Positions 32,560 to 45,658 of a DNA stretch of 64,000 nt are shown in pieces. A program made the position numbers and the translations under genes. The notes beneath the pieces are model-generated. The model was not told where the DNA came from. It searched no databases and worked only from the letters and a program-made list of their open reading frames with translations. Numbering within the stretch: the stretch's first letter is position 1; each line of letters begins with the position of its first letter. The stretch covers positions 86,738,001 to 86,802,000 of the forward strand of contig OZ024741.1 in the NCBI GenBank assembly GCA_964016885.1, given 5' to 3'. This DNA is from Eledone cirrhosa (lineage: Eukaryota).

Positions 32560-35100
32560 GGTTACAGAACGAAAACACATATAATATATACAAAGGAAAG
32601 GGAAAGGGGAAAAAAATACACAAGCACGTAATACACACATCTTAGACCACATAGAACAATATGCAGATGAAAGGGATGGACAAACGAGCTGCTACCAGAG
32701 TAAAAGATAACAATATAGCGAGGAGCACTGGGAAACCTCTCTAATAATTTTTTAGGCAAGTCAGCATGCTCGTAACGTTACCTGGGATGATGGCGAGGCT
32801 GAGGTGCTGGAACAACCAAGTGCCCTCAAGAGCATCACCAGTTACCGCTGTATGGTGAACCGCCAGTGAAGATGAGAATAAACAGGAAATCACAGCATCT
32901 CATGCAAATGTTTGAGGGTTCTGGTGGACAAAACGAAGAATGTGTTACCCCAGGGGCGGTTGGTGGCAGAAATAGGGCTTGTTCTTGTGGCTGGTCATCT
33001 TTATCCTTATCAGAGTGAGTAGACAGGTGGTATGAAAGCCCAGGACATCAGATATTTCCATCACTATAGATCTGATAAGAAACTTATCAGGGAATGTAAA
33101 CTTTGTTAGCTTGAGATCTTCAACCTGTCAGGTGACAAACCCTGGATCTGTCATTGCTCACCAGGTTGCTGTAGGTCATATCCTAGATTAATGGTTTCTC
33201 TCCTCAGTTTAATTCTGCAGTGGGAAAATCAACTGTCCAAATCACACGAAATGATAACATTGAGATTAGCATATCAAGGGAAACAAATGGAATCTCAAAA
33301 TGTCTACTGTAGAGCCATAATGGCATTTGTGTTGCTCACAAATTTGGAAAACAAACCTGAAAAGAAACGCCTATTCAGAGACAGTTATTGTCTGACTGGG
33401 TACCAGTTGACTGAAGGTATGCGGTATCCATCCAAGCACTACTAGGGGGCAGGGCTGAGACATGCTGGTCAAACAGGTACATTAGGTTGTCCAAGACTTT
33501 ATGGTGTCCCATTTATATTGGACTAATGGGACTTCTGCAGGATGAAGGCCAAGTTAGGTAATTGTGGTAGGCTCTGCAGTGTTGTGGAGTACATTAAGGG
33601 CATGATATGAGGACTAAGGAGGGAAATGTCAGCAATGCTAATGTAATGAGAGACAGAAGACCAAGGCAGGAAGGGTGACTTACTGCCATCCAGTTTCGAT
33701 GAAATGGAGGTTGCATATACCACACCAGATGGATTTATTTTTAGTTCAGTGAAAAATTGGCTGCAATAAGGTATGCTGTGAAATGTATACATCAGAATAT
33801 TGTCAGAGCTGCAATATCATAGGCATATATTAGGTATGAGAAATTATTATTAACTCCTACATGAAAAACCACATTAGCAAAACAATGTTGTAAAGGAATC
33901 ACATTAAAAATAGTCTTTACTCTAATAGTGCAAATATTTGATCCAAAAGACTGTTATTAACTCAATGTCTCGTACCACAGAAGACTACATTAGCAAGACA
34001 TTCTAGAAAAGTACTAAACAGCACAATGACTGCACCACATAAAAAATTGTTTTTACTCTAATCAAATTTTCACATCATTCTGTCCACTAGTAAAAATCAG
34101 AGGTTATAGAAAAATAAAGAGTTGAAGGCACTCTTGTTCCTAAGCAGTAAAGTAGACATGAAAGCATGCCACCTGCAAACATAAAGCTGACACAGAAGAG
34201 GATAGAGAATTTCATTCACTTCCCTGTTGGAACTAGTCATGTTGGAAAGGAGATGTTACCTACCAGAGGGGGAAAAGCATGGATGGAGGAAAGGAAGAGA
34301 CAGAGACGAGTATTTACATAGACCTAGGCCCTCAAATCATTTGGTCATTGCAGCATGGTCACAGTATTTTGGAGTCTGGCATAGACCACGCATTCAAGTT
34401 TTCTCAAGATTAGGTTGTCAAAACATTGCAGAGACGACGAGAATCCATATGAGTGTCTGACTCTGAGCATATACAACTTAGGAATTAATAGGTAATTCCT
34501 ATTGGGGCTTGATTACCACAATGCTTTTCAGTAATTACGGAAGGTTGCCATCTTGAAAGCTAGGTCAGTAATTGGGGCTCCTAGGGAGCACCATACTGAT
34601 AAGGGAAGGATTCATTGAATAGGTTTATAGTCAGCTGATGTGAAACTGAGTAGTTGAAGATTCAGTGCTTGCATTTGGCACTGTTGATATGTAGGCCTCT
34701 ATGACCATCTTCCTCAATCACTGTCTTTGTAAATACCATCAAGATACAAGACATTCAAATCCAATTTAGCCCCTATCTTAGTAACATCGTTAATGTCCAA
34801 TGCAAATAGAGCAGGTCCGAGTGGACCGCCTCGTTGGACTCCCAAGGTGGAGAGTATGAATTGGTTACCGAAAGAGAGATAGGAGGGCTCCCAATAAGCA
34901 AAGAGGTAGGGCTTGGTGGCCCTCTCCATAATTAAGCTGAAGATGACATCACGACTAATAGAGTGAAATGCCTTCTTGAGATCATGTATGGGGATCTCAG
35001 AAAGAAAGTTGGTAAAAAACCCACCTTGGTACCCACTCCCAGCTGAATAGGGGAAAATTCTGTAGACAGGTGGTCTGAGACCGATGTCAAAGACACTTAT
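32560..35100 (-). mobile_element. Decayed CRE-like non-LTR retrotransposon
   Basis: GVQRGGPLGPALF...LYLDG (GVQQGDPLGP / YLDD-like) at 34714-34929 and a QRGN-like C-terminal remnant near 32780; boundaries are approximate. Confidence 0.6.
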
Positions 35101-36800
35101 GTTATGAACTGTATCAGAGTATTTCCAAATGCAATGGGGGCGAAGGTCGCCATTGAGTTTTACAAAGCTGAACCAGCGACCTATATAAACTGAAACTAAA
35201 ACAAAAATAATTATTTTAAATTTTCAGAAAGCGAAACAACTAATATTTTCAAATATATATATTTTTTCTTGAATTTTAAAAAGTTTCTTTCTTTCATTTT
35301 TTTCCTGTAATCAAAAACTGATTAGGATTACGATATTTACAGATGAGTACATTTTTGATATAAATATGCTTGCATGTGCAATGAAATAAAAAAAAAAAGA
35401 AGATTGTTCGTTTCGGTTATTCAAGGCAGCCAATATATTTTTTTAACATTCACCATTATTGTTAGTTATATTTTCAATCTCGTAAGTTTTAAAAGTTCTA
35501 CCTAAATATTATTGGTAGTATCGTTGGAGGGTCAGACGCCATGCTCTGCAGCATAGAGTTACGCCCCTTTACGGTCTGAGTTCAAATCCCACCCAAGTTA
35601 ACTTTACCTTTCATCCTTACCAGGTCGATAAAATATATCACCAGTAATGCACTGAGATAATTGCTGGCCTTGTGCCAAAAGTAGAAACAATTATTAATAT
35701 TTGTAATAAAAGAAAATTTTGGAAGTGAGGGACGGTTGAAATATCGGAAGTATCATTGATTATTTGGGAACAACAATCTACCTCGAATCATTAGAGAGTG
35801 TGATACCTCAGACCTAACAAACCAAATAACATTTACAAATGTTATTGTTGTTTAGTCTCGGCTCAAATTTGATTCCAAATTAAATGACATTATGGAAATT
35901 GAATTATGCTAAATGACAACAGGACACAGAGGACTTCGATCGCAAAAGAAACAGGGGAAGCCAAAAGAACAAGAATGAGATAGATGTATGTAACAAAAAT
36001 GTGAGATCGGAAAGATAACCTAAATTTCTAAAACTAAATAATATAAGTAGTATTAAATATTTAGCCTTCATTGTTGAGTTCACTGAGATGTAAGTAAATA
36101 TTTCTAATATTAATTTCTGACGTAAAAGTGTTTTTCCAAGAGAGAGAGTTAATGAAAACTGATGATAAATAATAAAAAAAAAAAAAGGCTGCAAATAACG
36201 AAGCTATTTATTATTATTTCAAGTCTAAGTACGTAACAGCGTATAAATATTAATTAAATACAATTCGTGGTTTCGTATATTATTTTTTATTCACATAAGT
36301 TTACTTTCTGTTTGTAAGAGCTAAGTATCTTGGTTATAGACATAATTGATATGTTCGTGACAATTAACTGAACAGTCTTCAGGTATATGTGATAGTTTTG
36401 ACAAATATACTTTACATTAAACCTTAGCCTAAATTTTAATGTAATATGTAGCGACACTTTCTCTAGTGGTAACCTAGTGAATTCGGTGACAGACATAAGT
36501 TTCGTTCCTTGAGAAGCTGAAGATCGCAAGCTGTTGAAGTATCGACAGATTTGCCGTTGAATCTGTAGCCGTGGACACTTTCGGCATCCTTTGTCACAGT
36601 ACGACACCCTTACTCACTGCTATTGGAGGGGTAGGGGAATTGGTCAGCCACATGAGTGAGCACTGTAAGCTGGAATGGCTATCTTCAGGGATTTTCTCCA
36701 TTCTGTCCGCTGGGACCACGAGGCGGCTTGCGTCAGGATTTCTGTATACCAGAGTACATTCTCCCACATTATCTAGGTTCGTATTATTAGTGTAGCGAAA

Positions 36801-36987
36801 GGGCGGTGGATTGGCTGTATCGGTAGAAGGTCGGACGTCATGTTTTGCAGCAGAGTTACGCCCCTTTACGGTCTGAGTTGATTCCTGCCGAGGTTAACTT
36901 TGCTTTCATCTTTACGGGGTCGATAAAATAAATACCAGTAATCCAGTGAAATAATTGCTGGCCTTGTGCCAAAAGTAGAAACAGTTA
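36801..36987 (+). mobile_element. tRNA-derived SINE whose tail is interrupted by the Chapaev3 element
   Basis: GGCGGTGGATTGGC..TCTGAGTTGATTCC..CTTTCATC..GGGGTCGATAAAAT. Confidence 0.75.
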
Positions 36988-38792
36988 CACTGTGTAACAT
37001 ATTTTTTGTTCCCCGGTTCTAAGTGTCTATATCCCATTATTATTTTTGCCTTTCATCCTTGCGGGGTCGATAAAATAAAGTACCAGTAATGTACTGGGTA
37101 ATTGCTGGCCTTGTGCCAAAGGTAGAAACAATTATTATTAAAAAAAACACTATTATTTAATCAGAAGTTTGGGTTTGTGGTCAGGAGTTTGATATTTCGA
37201 AATTTTCATATTTTTCAAGAAAAAACACATTTAAAAAAAATTTATCAGTTCATATAATTAAATCAACAGAGTATATATTTATTTTATTACACAAGCTTAT
37301 CAAAAGCAAACAAGTAAAAACAAATAACACTTATAAAGCAACTTATACACGTCAGAAATGACCGGATTTCCTGGATTTGCGGTTGTAGTCCAGGTCGCAT
37401 TCCTGCACTAGCCCCCAGATATAGGCCCCCGTCATTTTTTCATTGTAGTGGCCCTGGTACCTCCGCTCTATCTCTTTCACATCTTGGTGGAATCGTTCGC
37501 CTTGTTCTTCTGAGTAGGCGCCCTTATTGTCCTTGAATTTTTCCAGGTGAGCGTCCAGTATATGGAGTTTAAGCGACATCCTGCATCCCATGGCGCCAAA
37601 AGGCTTTATCAGATCCTACACCAGTTGCTGGTAGTTTTCCGCTCTGTAGTTGCACAGGAAGCCCTTAACAACTGCCTTGAAACAGTTCCATGCTGTTCTC
37701 TCAATCCTATTGAGCTTATTGGAGAACTCGGTAGACTCAAACACCTTCTTTATCTGAGGTCCAACAAAAATTCCACCTTTGATTTTGGCCTCAGATAACT
37801 TGGGGAAGAACTCAAGAAGGTACTTAAAAGCGGCTGATTCTTGGTTGAGAGCCTTCACAAACTGCTTCATCAACCCCAACTTAATGTGCATGGCGGCATG
37901 AGCACAATCCTGGGATCAACCAGTGGCTCCCACATGACGTTCCGGGTCCCAACAACAAATTCTGTTCGCTGCTCCCAGTTCTTTCTTTTGTAGTGGTCAG
38001 AGGTGGCTCTGCTGTCCCAAAGGGAGAGGAAGCATTGGGATTTGATAAAGCCGCCTTGGAGTCCAAGCAGGAAAGCCACCATCTTGAAGTCTCCAATGAT
38101 TTCCCAATTGTACTGGTTGTATTGCAGAGCTTCCAAGAGGACTTTCACACTGTAGTAATCTTCCTTCGGGCAGACTGAATGAGCTAGGGGCAGTGTCGGG
38201 AACTTGTTTCCATTGTGGAGGAGGACAGCCTTCAAACTTGTGGTGGAGCTGTCTATAAATAGCCGCCACTCCTTGGGCACAAACTGCACCCAATAACGTC
38301 AAACAGTCCAGGCACGTCATGGCAGAAGCAGAGGCCACCCCTAAGAGTGTAAAAGACTGAGAAAGGTTTGTGTCGACTTCTCTGATTTGTCACCTGTACT
38401 TCCTCCTTGACCAAGTTCCACTGCTTCATCCTGGAGATGAATGCTTAAAACACAACTTAACCTTTATTCAGGGTGCGAAAATCGAGTATCAATAAATCTC
38501 TTTAATCCCCTTTTTAACAATTTTATAATTTTCTTTAGGTATTACTCTTTATTTTATAATTTTAATTTAACCTGAAACATATATAAAAAAATCATTTAAC
38601 GTAAGCAAATTAAACTTACATACAACGTAAAATCCAGCATACAAATAATTCTAGTGAATAGCTTAGAATTTTTACAAACCCAAACTTTTAACTGTTTAAT
38701 ATAGCACTTTTTTATTTATTTGGAACCTAAGCAACACAAAAAAAGTGATTACAAGTCAGGAACAGAGAAAAAAGTTTTTTTTTGTTACAGTG
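36988..38792 (-). mobile_element. Chapaev3-like (CMC) DNA transposon with frameshifted, 5'-deleted transposase
   Basis: Termini CACTGT...ACAGTG with imperfect TIRs and a TTA duplication (36985-36987, 38793-38795); peptides WRLFIDSS..SLKAVLLHNGN, HIKLGLMKQFVKAL and SEEQGERFHQD..ERRYQG. Confidence 0.85.
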
Positions 38793-38825
38793 TTATTAGG
38801 TTACGGTAGATGTATAAGATGTATA

Positions 38826-39037
38826 GAACTGATGTAAGGGACGTAATTTGAAAGAAAAAATTTTTTTTTTCGAAAAGTATACACACACATATCTATATGT
38901 TCTTTCATTACACTCGCTCATTTCGAAAACTCATTTTTTTTTCTCAAAAAGTGCATAATATAAATATGTTCTTTCATTACGCTCACTCATTTCGAAAAAA
39001 CCTTGTGTTTTTTCAAACTACGTCCCTACATCGGTTC
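38826..39037. mobile_element. MITE-like element with ~27-bp terminal inverted repeats
   Basis: GAACTGATGTAAGGGACGTAATTTGAAA versus TTTCAAACTACGTCCCTACATCGGTTC. Confidence 0.6.
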
Positions 39038-39922
39038 GTTGTAATCAGAAATCCAGCAGGAAAAAAATACTTCACTCACCATATTCTCCAAAACTTGCTC
39101 CTTCTGATTATCATTTGTTTAAGAATTTACATAATCATTTTGATAGACTGAAATTAACACGAAGAGAGGAGGGTGAAAATTAGTCCTCTAATGAATATGG
39201 TTATTGAAAACAATGGAGACTATGATTAAATGCAATCCTAAATACCACTATTTTGATCTTCAAAATACATGTTAAAATCTGACAGAACTTTTATTCAAAC
39301 CAAGTATATATAATGTTATAGAAGCTGCAAGTGTAGCTATAGTCTGCAAATATACAAACTTCAGTCATGAATGTATGATATAAAGTTGAGTTATTCAGGT
39401 AATGGTTTATATCTACATTTTATTAATATGGAAATATAATAAAATTTTAACTATTTAATCTCTATCTTTTAACTACCCCTTATTTCTTTCTTTTCCTTTT
39501 TAACTACCCCCTATTTCTTTCTTTTCTTAGAATATCAGATGACATTGCTAGAATATTTTCCAGTAGACCTTCATCAATATTTATCGTCTTTTAAGGATCA
39601 AAAGAAGATGTATTGTTTATATAAATTGCTGGTCGTATTACTATAAAGTACTTGTTTGGAACCAACATTAATAGCACATTGCTCTACTTCACAGTCTTCA
39701 ATGTGTATCAGATGATTTGCCATTCTTGAAAGAAAATTCAATGGAGTTTGCAACATCTTCAGATATTGATAAACATCATAGTTGATGTATCAGTAAAAAT
39801 AATTGTAAAGAATGAAATATAAATAAAAAAAGACGAAAATTATCCATGTATTGAGTTGAGAAAAATGATGGTAAAATTAATTACATAAGAAACTTAAAGG
39901 ATGGATTTTTTTTCCTGAAAAA

Positions 39923-41467
39923 ATGGCAAAAGAAATAAAAAAACCTCAATACCACTGTGATATTTGCAAAAAATCATTATCTCGGAAAGATACACTCATT
40001 CATCAATGCATCCATAATCGAGAGAAGCCATATCATTGTGATATATGTGGTAAATCATTTTCTATATCTAGTAACGTAACTAAACACAAACGGACTCATA
40101 CAGGAGAAAAACGATATCACTGTGAGATCTGTGGTAAATCCTTCTCTGAAAATTGTGACCTGACTAAACATAAACGGATTCATACAGGAGAGAAGCCCTT
40201 TCACTGTGATATTTGTGGTAAATCATTCTCTCAAAAAGATAGCGTAAATGGTCACAAACGGATTCATACAGGTGAGAAGCCCTTTCACTGTGATATTTGT
40301 GGTAAATCATTCTCTTCAAAATCTAACTTAACTGTTCACAAACGGAGTCATACAGGAGAGAAGCCATATCATTGTGATATCTGTGGTAAATCATTCTCTG
40401 AAAGTGGTGTCTTAATTAAACACAGACGTATTCATACAGGAGAGAAACCATATCGCTGTGATATCTGTGGTAAATCATTCTCTGAAAATGGTGTCTTAAT
40501 GAAACACAGACGTATTCATACAGGGGAGAAACCATATCACTGTGATATCTGTGATAAATCATTCTCTCAACATTATCACTTAGCTAGACATAAATACATT
40601 CATACAGGAGAAAAACCATATCACTGTGATATCTGTGGTAAATCCTTCTCTGAAAATAGTGACCTGACTAAACATAAACGGATTCATACAGGAGAGAAGC
40701 CCTTTCACTGTGATATTTGTGGTAAATCATTCTCTTCAAAATCTAACTTAACTGTTCACAAACGGAGTCATACAGGAGAGAAGCCATATCATTGTGATAT
40801 CTGTGGTAAATCATTCTCTGAAAGTGGTGTCTTAATTAAACATAGACGTATTCATACAAGAGAGAAGCCATATCATTGTGATATCTGTGGTAAATCATTC
40901 TCTGAAAGTGGTGTCTTAATTAAACATAGACGTATTCATACAGGAGAAAAACCATATCACTGTGATATCTGTGGTAAATCCTTCTCTGGAAATAGTGACC
41001 TGACTAACCATAAACGTATTCATACGGGAGAAAAACCATATCACTGTGATATCTGTGGTAAATCATTTTCTGCAACTTATAACTTAACTAAACACAGACG
41101 GACTCATACGGGAGAAAAACCATATCACTGTGATATCTGTGGTAAATCATTTTCTGCAACTGATAACTTAACTAAACACAGACGAACTCATACGGGAGAA
41201 AAACCATATCACTGTGATATCTGTGGTAAATCATTTTCTGTATCTTGTAGCTTAACTAAACACAAACGGACTCATACAGGAGAAAAACCATATCACTGTG
41301 ATATCTGTGGTAAATCATTCTCTTGTTCTAGTCACTTAGTAATTCACAAACGAACTCATACAGGAGAGAAACCATATCATTGTGTTATCTGTGATAAATT
41401 CTTCTCCAGTCGTGATTATTTATCTAAACACAAATGTATTCATATTGGAAAAAAACAATTTTGCTGA
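39923..41467 (+). CDS. Intact tandem C2H2 zinc-finger protein (~18 fingers, 514 aa, no KRAB/BTB seen)
   Basis: ATG start; uninterrupted [17 protein letters not shown] repeats; candidate splice acceptor TTTCTTTTCTTAG ending at 39530. Confidence 0.92.
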   Translation: MAKEIKKPQYHCDICKKSLSRKDTLIHQCIHNREKPYHCDICGKSFSISSNVTKHKRTHTGEKRYHCEICGKSFSENCDLTKHKRIHTGEKPFHCDICGKSFSQKDSVNGHKRIHTGEKPFHCDICGKSFSSKSNLTVHKRSHTGEKPYHCDICGKSFSESGVLIKHRRIHTGEKPYRCDICGKSFSENGVLMKHRRIHTGEKPYHCDICDKSFSQHYHLARHKYIHTGEKPYHCDICGKSFSENSDLTKHKRIHTGEKPFHCDICGKSFSSKSNLTVHKRSHTGEKPYHCDICGKSFSESGVLIKHRRIHTREKPYHCDICGKSFSESGVLIKHRRIHTGEKPYHCDICGKSFSGNSDLTNHKRIHTGEKPYHCDICGKSFSATYNLTKHRRTHTGEKPYHCDICGKSFSATDNLTKHRRTHTGEKPYHCDICGKSFSVSCSLTKHKRTHTGEKPYHCDICGKSFSCSSHLVIHKRTHTGEKPYHCVICDKFFSSRDYLSKHKCIHIGKKQFC

Positions 41468-43149
41468 TATCTGTGGTAAATCATTTTCTCAAAACCTTTT
41501 CTTTACCTATACAGGAGAATAATTCTGTAGTGAAATTGTACACTAGGTAGTCATTAATTTTGGACCAACTGACCAGGAACAGTGGGAGATCTTTGGTTTG
41601 TGCTGCCAGCTTGTGTTCTCTCAGCTGATCACAGACTTTGAAATGTAATGTACCTTGATTACATAGGAAATGAAATATATAAACCACAATAACACAAAGC
41701 TGCTATGCTAATAATTTATTTAATATAACTATTGCCAAAGTTATATGACAATACATGAAGAACAAATAACCACAGATGAAATGTGTGATGTTATGTATCA
41801 GGATGATGTGTATGCGTGTTTGCTTGGAAAGTTATTATTAAAAATGTATTTATCAAACTTCTGTTGATGGGATGAATTTTGTTGGCTTGGCCGAGAGAGA
41901 AAGAGAAGATAAGACCCACAGGGTCTGTGTAAAGCCGTGGACTACATGTTAACTGTGAGAATTCAACTCTGTGACTGACCTGCCTGACTCTGGGAATAGG
42001 CTATTTATGAATATACCTTCCTTTGTCTCTGGGACCTGAGAACAATCCGATGGCCATTTGCTGAGGCAGTTATGAAAGGCTATCAAGACCAAACACCCAG
42101 GAAAACTAATGAAAGCGGTCTTGTTTCCTCAGGACAATGCTCCAGCATACAAGTCCTTGATTTCAAAGGCTACACTGTACATGACTGGCTTTGAACTGGT
42201 TGATTACCTTCCCTATTCTCTTGATTTGGCCCCATTTAACTATCATTATTCCCCAACATGAAAAAACACTTGGCTGGGAACCAGTATCACATTGATGATG
42301 ATATCATATCTGTTGTTGACGTATTTTTTTACCAACTGGTAAATAATATTAAAAACAGTTTTGGAGGTATGGGAAACAACTCTAGACGTTTTTTGATCTT
42401 ATGATTTCATTAGCAAAATTAGGTAAGTTTAATTGCTACCATACGAAACAACCGAGGAAAAAAATACTTCCCTACTGAAATCTGTGGGGGTGTTTTTCTA
42501 TAACAATACCTATATATTATATAAAACAAGTAGCATCTAGCATATCTCTTTCTAGGCAAGAGGAGGTTCTTGAAGCCAGTTGATGTTATTATTACTTTGT
42601 TCCTCAACCAAAATGAAATGTGTATTACCAGCGGTGATAACACCAGTGAAGTCCCTCTTGAAAAACTATCCTCTTTGGAAACGTAATATATATACATACA
42701 CATGCTCTTTCTCTCACACACACACATTTACACATACATATCCACTGTAAATGCAAAAGGATTTTATCCCGTTTAGCACGATATAGACTCCGTTGATCAC
42801 AACCTTTCAAAAGACAGCCAACAGATCTTCCTACACTATAGACGCCACTATCAATAGTTTTCCTACAAATGGCGGTATAAACAGACCTGTTTTATCTCGA
42901 AGAATTTTTTTTTGTTTCTACTGCTCACTATCTTTCTATTTCTTCTTTAATTCCCCATTCTATTTTCTGATGGACTAGCGCCCGAAACGTTAAGACCCTT
43001 TTCCTACTATATGAAGCATAAAACTAATAATCGATAACCATCATGCAGCTCTATGGTCGCTCAATAAGAGAATTGAAGCTAAAAATGTAAAACTTCAGAG
43101 CGTCAATATTTAATATTTTGAAGAGAACAATATAATCAGACAGAATACA

Positions 43150-45658
43150 TATTATACTTACATAGCCACTAAATTTTTATTAGGCCTATATGTCACCATT
43201 TCACTCCCGATTACTATTGCTTAGGTGCCTTTCCAGAGACCCAGGTTATCCGGTACACACGGGTCAGCCAGAGAATACCTTCTCTATTTAAGGCTTTTAA
43301 CATCTCGGGCCGGATTTCATCATTCACAGTAGCCTTGCCTCATTTGAACTCTTTGACTGCTCTTATGACCTCAGCCCCTGAGAGATTAGTCATCACTTCC
43401 AGATGCACCTCTTGTACATCAGAAGATGCTGTTGTGATTGAGTTCAGGAGATCAGCAAAATATTCTCTCCACCTTGCAAGGATCCACCTCTCTGAAGAGA
43501 GAAGAACCCTACGTGTTCCTTATAGCAGGTGTGGAGGAGGACTTCTTATTACGATGTCAGTGGCTGGTCTGACAGGACGCTTTATTTGTTGATCTGAAGT
43601 CGGATTCCAGCTTAACCCCAAAGTCTTGTCTTAACTTTGGAGTCCCTTACTGTCTCTGTTGCGATTCTTCGTGCCTGCTTGTACCACAAATGCAAGAAGG
43701 AGGACTTATTTCCAAGCCAAGCTTTGTAGATCTTCTTTGCTCGGATAGATCTTTAACACCTTGATTGAACCAAGAAGTCCTCCTGCCATCCGGCGCTTCA
43801 ACAAGCCTCTTTCCTCTCAAGAAAGTCTGCGCAGTGCACTCTACATGTGAATGGTGTTCCACTGAAGCAGGTGGATAACTTCAAGTATCTTAGGGCTGTG
43901 TTTATGTGTGATGGAAGGCAGGAGGCTGAATTAAGTGTAAGAATTGCAGAAGCTGGTGCAGTAATACGCCAGCTTCAGCATTCGGTCATCAGAAGAAGGG
44001 AGGTAGGTGTAAAAGCCAAACTCCCTGTCTTCAATTCGGTATTCGTGCCAACCCTTACCTATGGTCATGAATCTTGGGTAATGACCGAAAGAATACGATT
44101 GTGAATACAAGCGACCGAAATGGAATTCCCCCGAAGAGTCTTTGGAGTAACATTACTCGATACAGGGCATAGCTCGGAGATTAGAAAGTCACTCCATGTA
44201 GAGCCGTTACTTCTCCGAATTGAGAGATCACAGCTCCGATACTATGGGCAAGTGGTTTAAATGTGTTAGGAAAGAATCGTTAGACAGATTTTACGGGGAA
44301 AACGAACCGGCAGGAGACTCCGGGGTATTGCGTGCTTATACCGACCTGCAAAAATGGAGCGAAAACCTACCGATTGTCCTAGGCTGTCGCTCGGCAGTGA
44401 GGGAGGATCTCGGGTATTCCCCAGCGGAATTGCTGTACGGACCACCTTTATCCTTGCCGGGACAGATGTTAGTCCCAGTCGACGCATCGCTGGAGGATCT
44501 GACGTTATATATCAATCGTCTACGATCATATTTCAATGATCTTCCGCCTATGGGAACACGACAACAGAAGATTAAATCTTCGGTTCCCAAAGGCAATGCT
44601 TCTTGGACTCACGTTTTTCTACGTAAATCTCAGTGAAAGGCCCACTTGTGCCACCGTATACAGGACCCTACTGTGTCCTGGCAAAAACGGACAAATTTTT
44701 ACCATAGACGTTTGTGGTAGGAAACACACAGTGTCAGTAGATAGGGTTAAACAGGCCTTTACAGACGCTCCACCAGTTGAACCCCGTACAACCCCCACAT
44801 ACAATACATTGTATGTTGAACCTTCACAAGCACACCCACAACACACACACCTTCCTTACCGTCACCAACATATGTTACGACGACTCGTAGTAGTCGTAGA
44901 GTGCATTGGCCTCAGAGATTGAGTAAAACAATCTATATATGAACTCTGTTTTTGATCAAACTTTTGACTCTCTTATAAAAAAAAAAGCAATGACTTTTGC
45001 TTGTTCAATAATGTTATGTTTCATTTTCCTTGGTTGTATTCATGCATGTATCTTTACTTGGTGTACCGGATGATTTTTTATTGTTTGATGTCATGTAGAC
45101 ATATTGCATATTTAACACTACTCATGTAATATGGGAAGAGTTGCAGCCACCATAGTTTTGCCTTGGCTTATATATTGATATTGATCTTCGATCTAAACGG
45201 AGGGTAATGTAGTGAACAGATAAATCGGTCAATTTACACGTGTTGATCCCTGTTGCACTAATTCACCGTACCTAAATATTAGCCAATCAACGATCCGATA
45301 CAGCTATCTTTCGGATGAGTAATGTATTGTGCCAAAACCGAAAGCAATGAGTTCAGCAGATAGTTTCAGACCATAAACACGTAATAATTTGCTGTCCTCA
45401 ACATGCGACACGTGGCGCGAAATATGACTAACCCGAGAGTGCTATGTTTAATCTACCAACTGGATATTAGACATTAATAATGTCTTTACAACCAGTAGAG
45501 GTAACATTGTATTATCCTCAAACACCCTTGTACTCTTTTCAAGTTCAAATGTATTCTGCTTGTTCACATTCACAAACACGATTAAAAGATATGTTCTTCG
45601 ATAAATAAATGTTCTGCGTTCATACTATTGCGACTAGCGTTGTTCCACGAACACCACA
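43150..45658 (+). mobile_element. Duplicate of the RTE/Gypsy/LTR block
   Basis: ORFs 43847-44104, 44220-44636 and 44536-44922 are near-identical to those at 3431-4510; LTR at 45208-45658. Confidence 0.85.
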
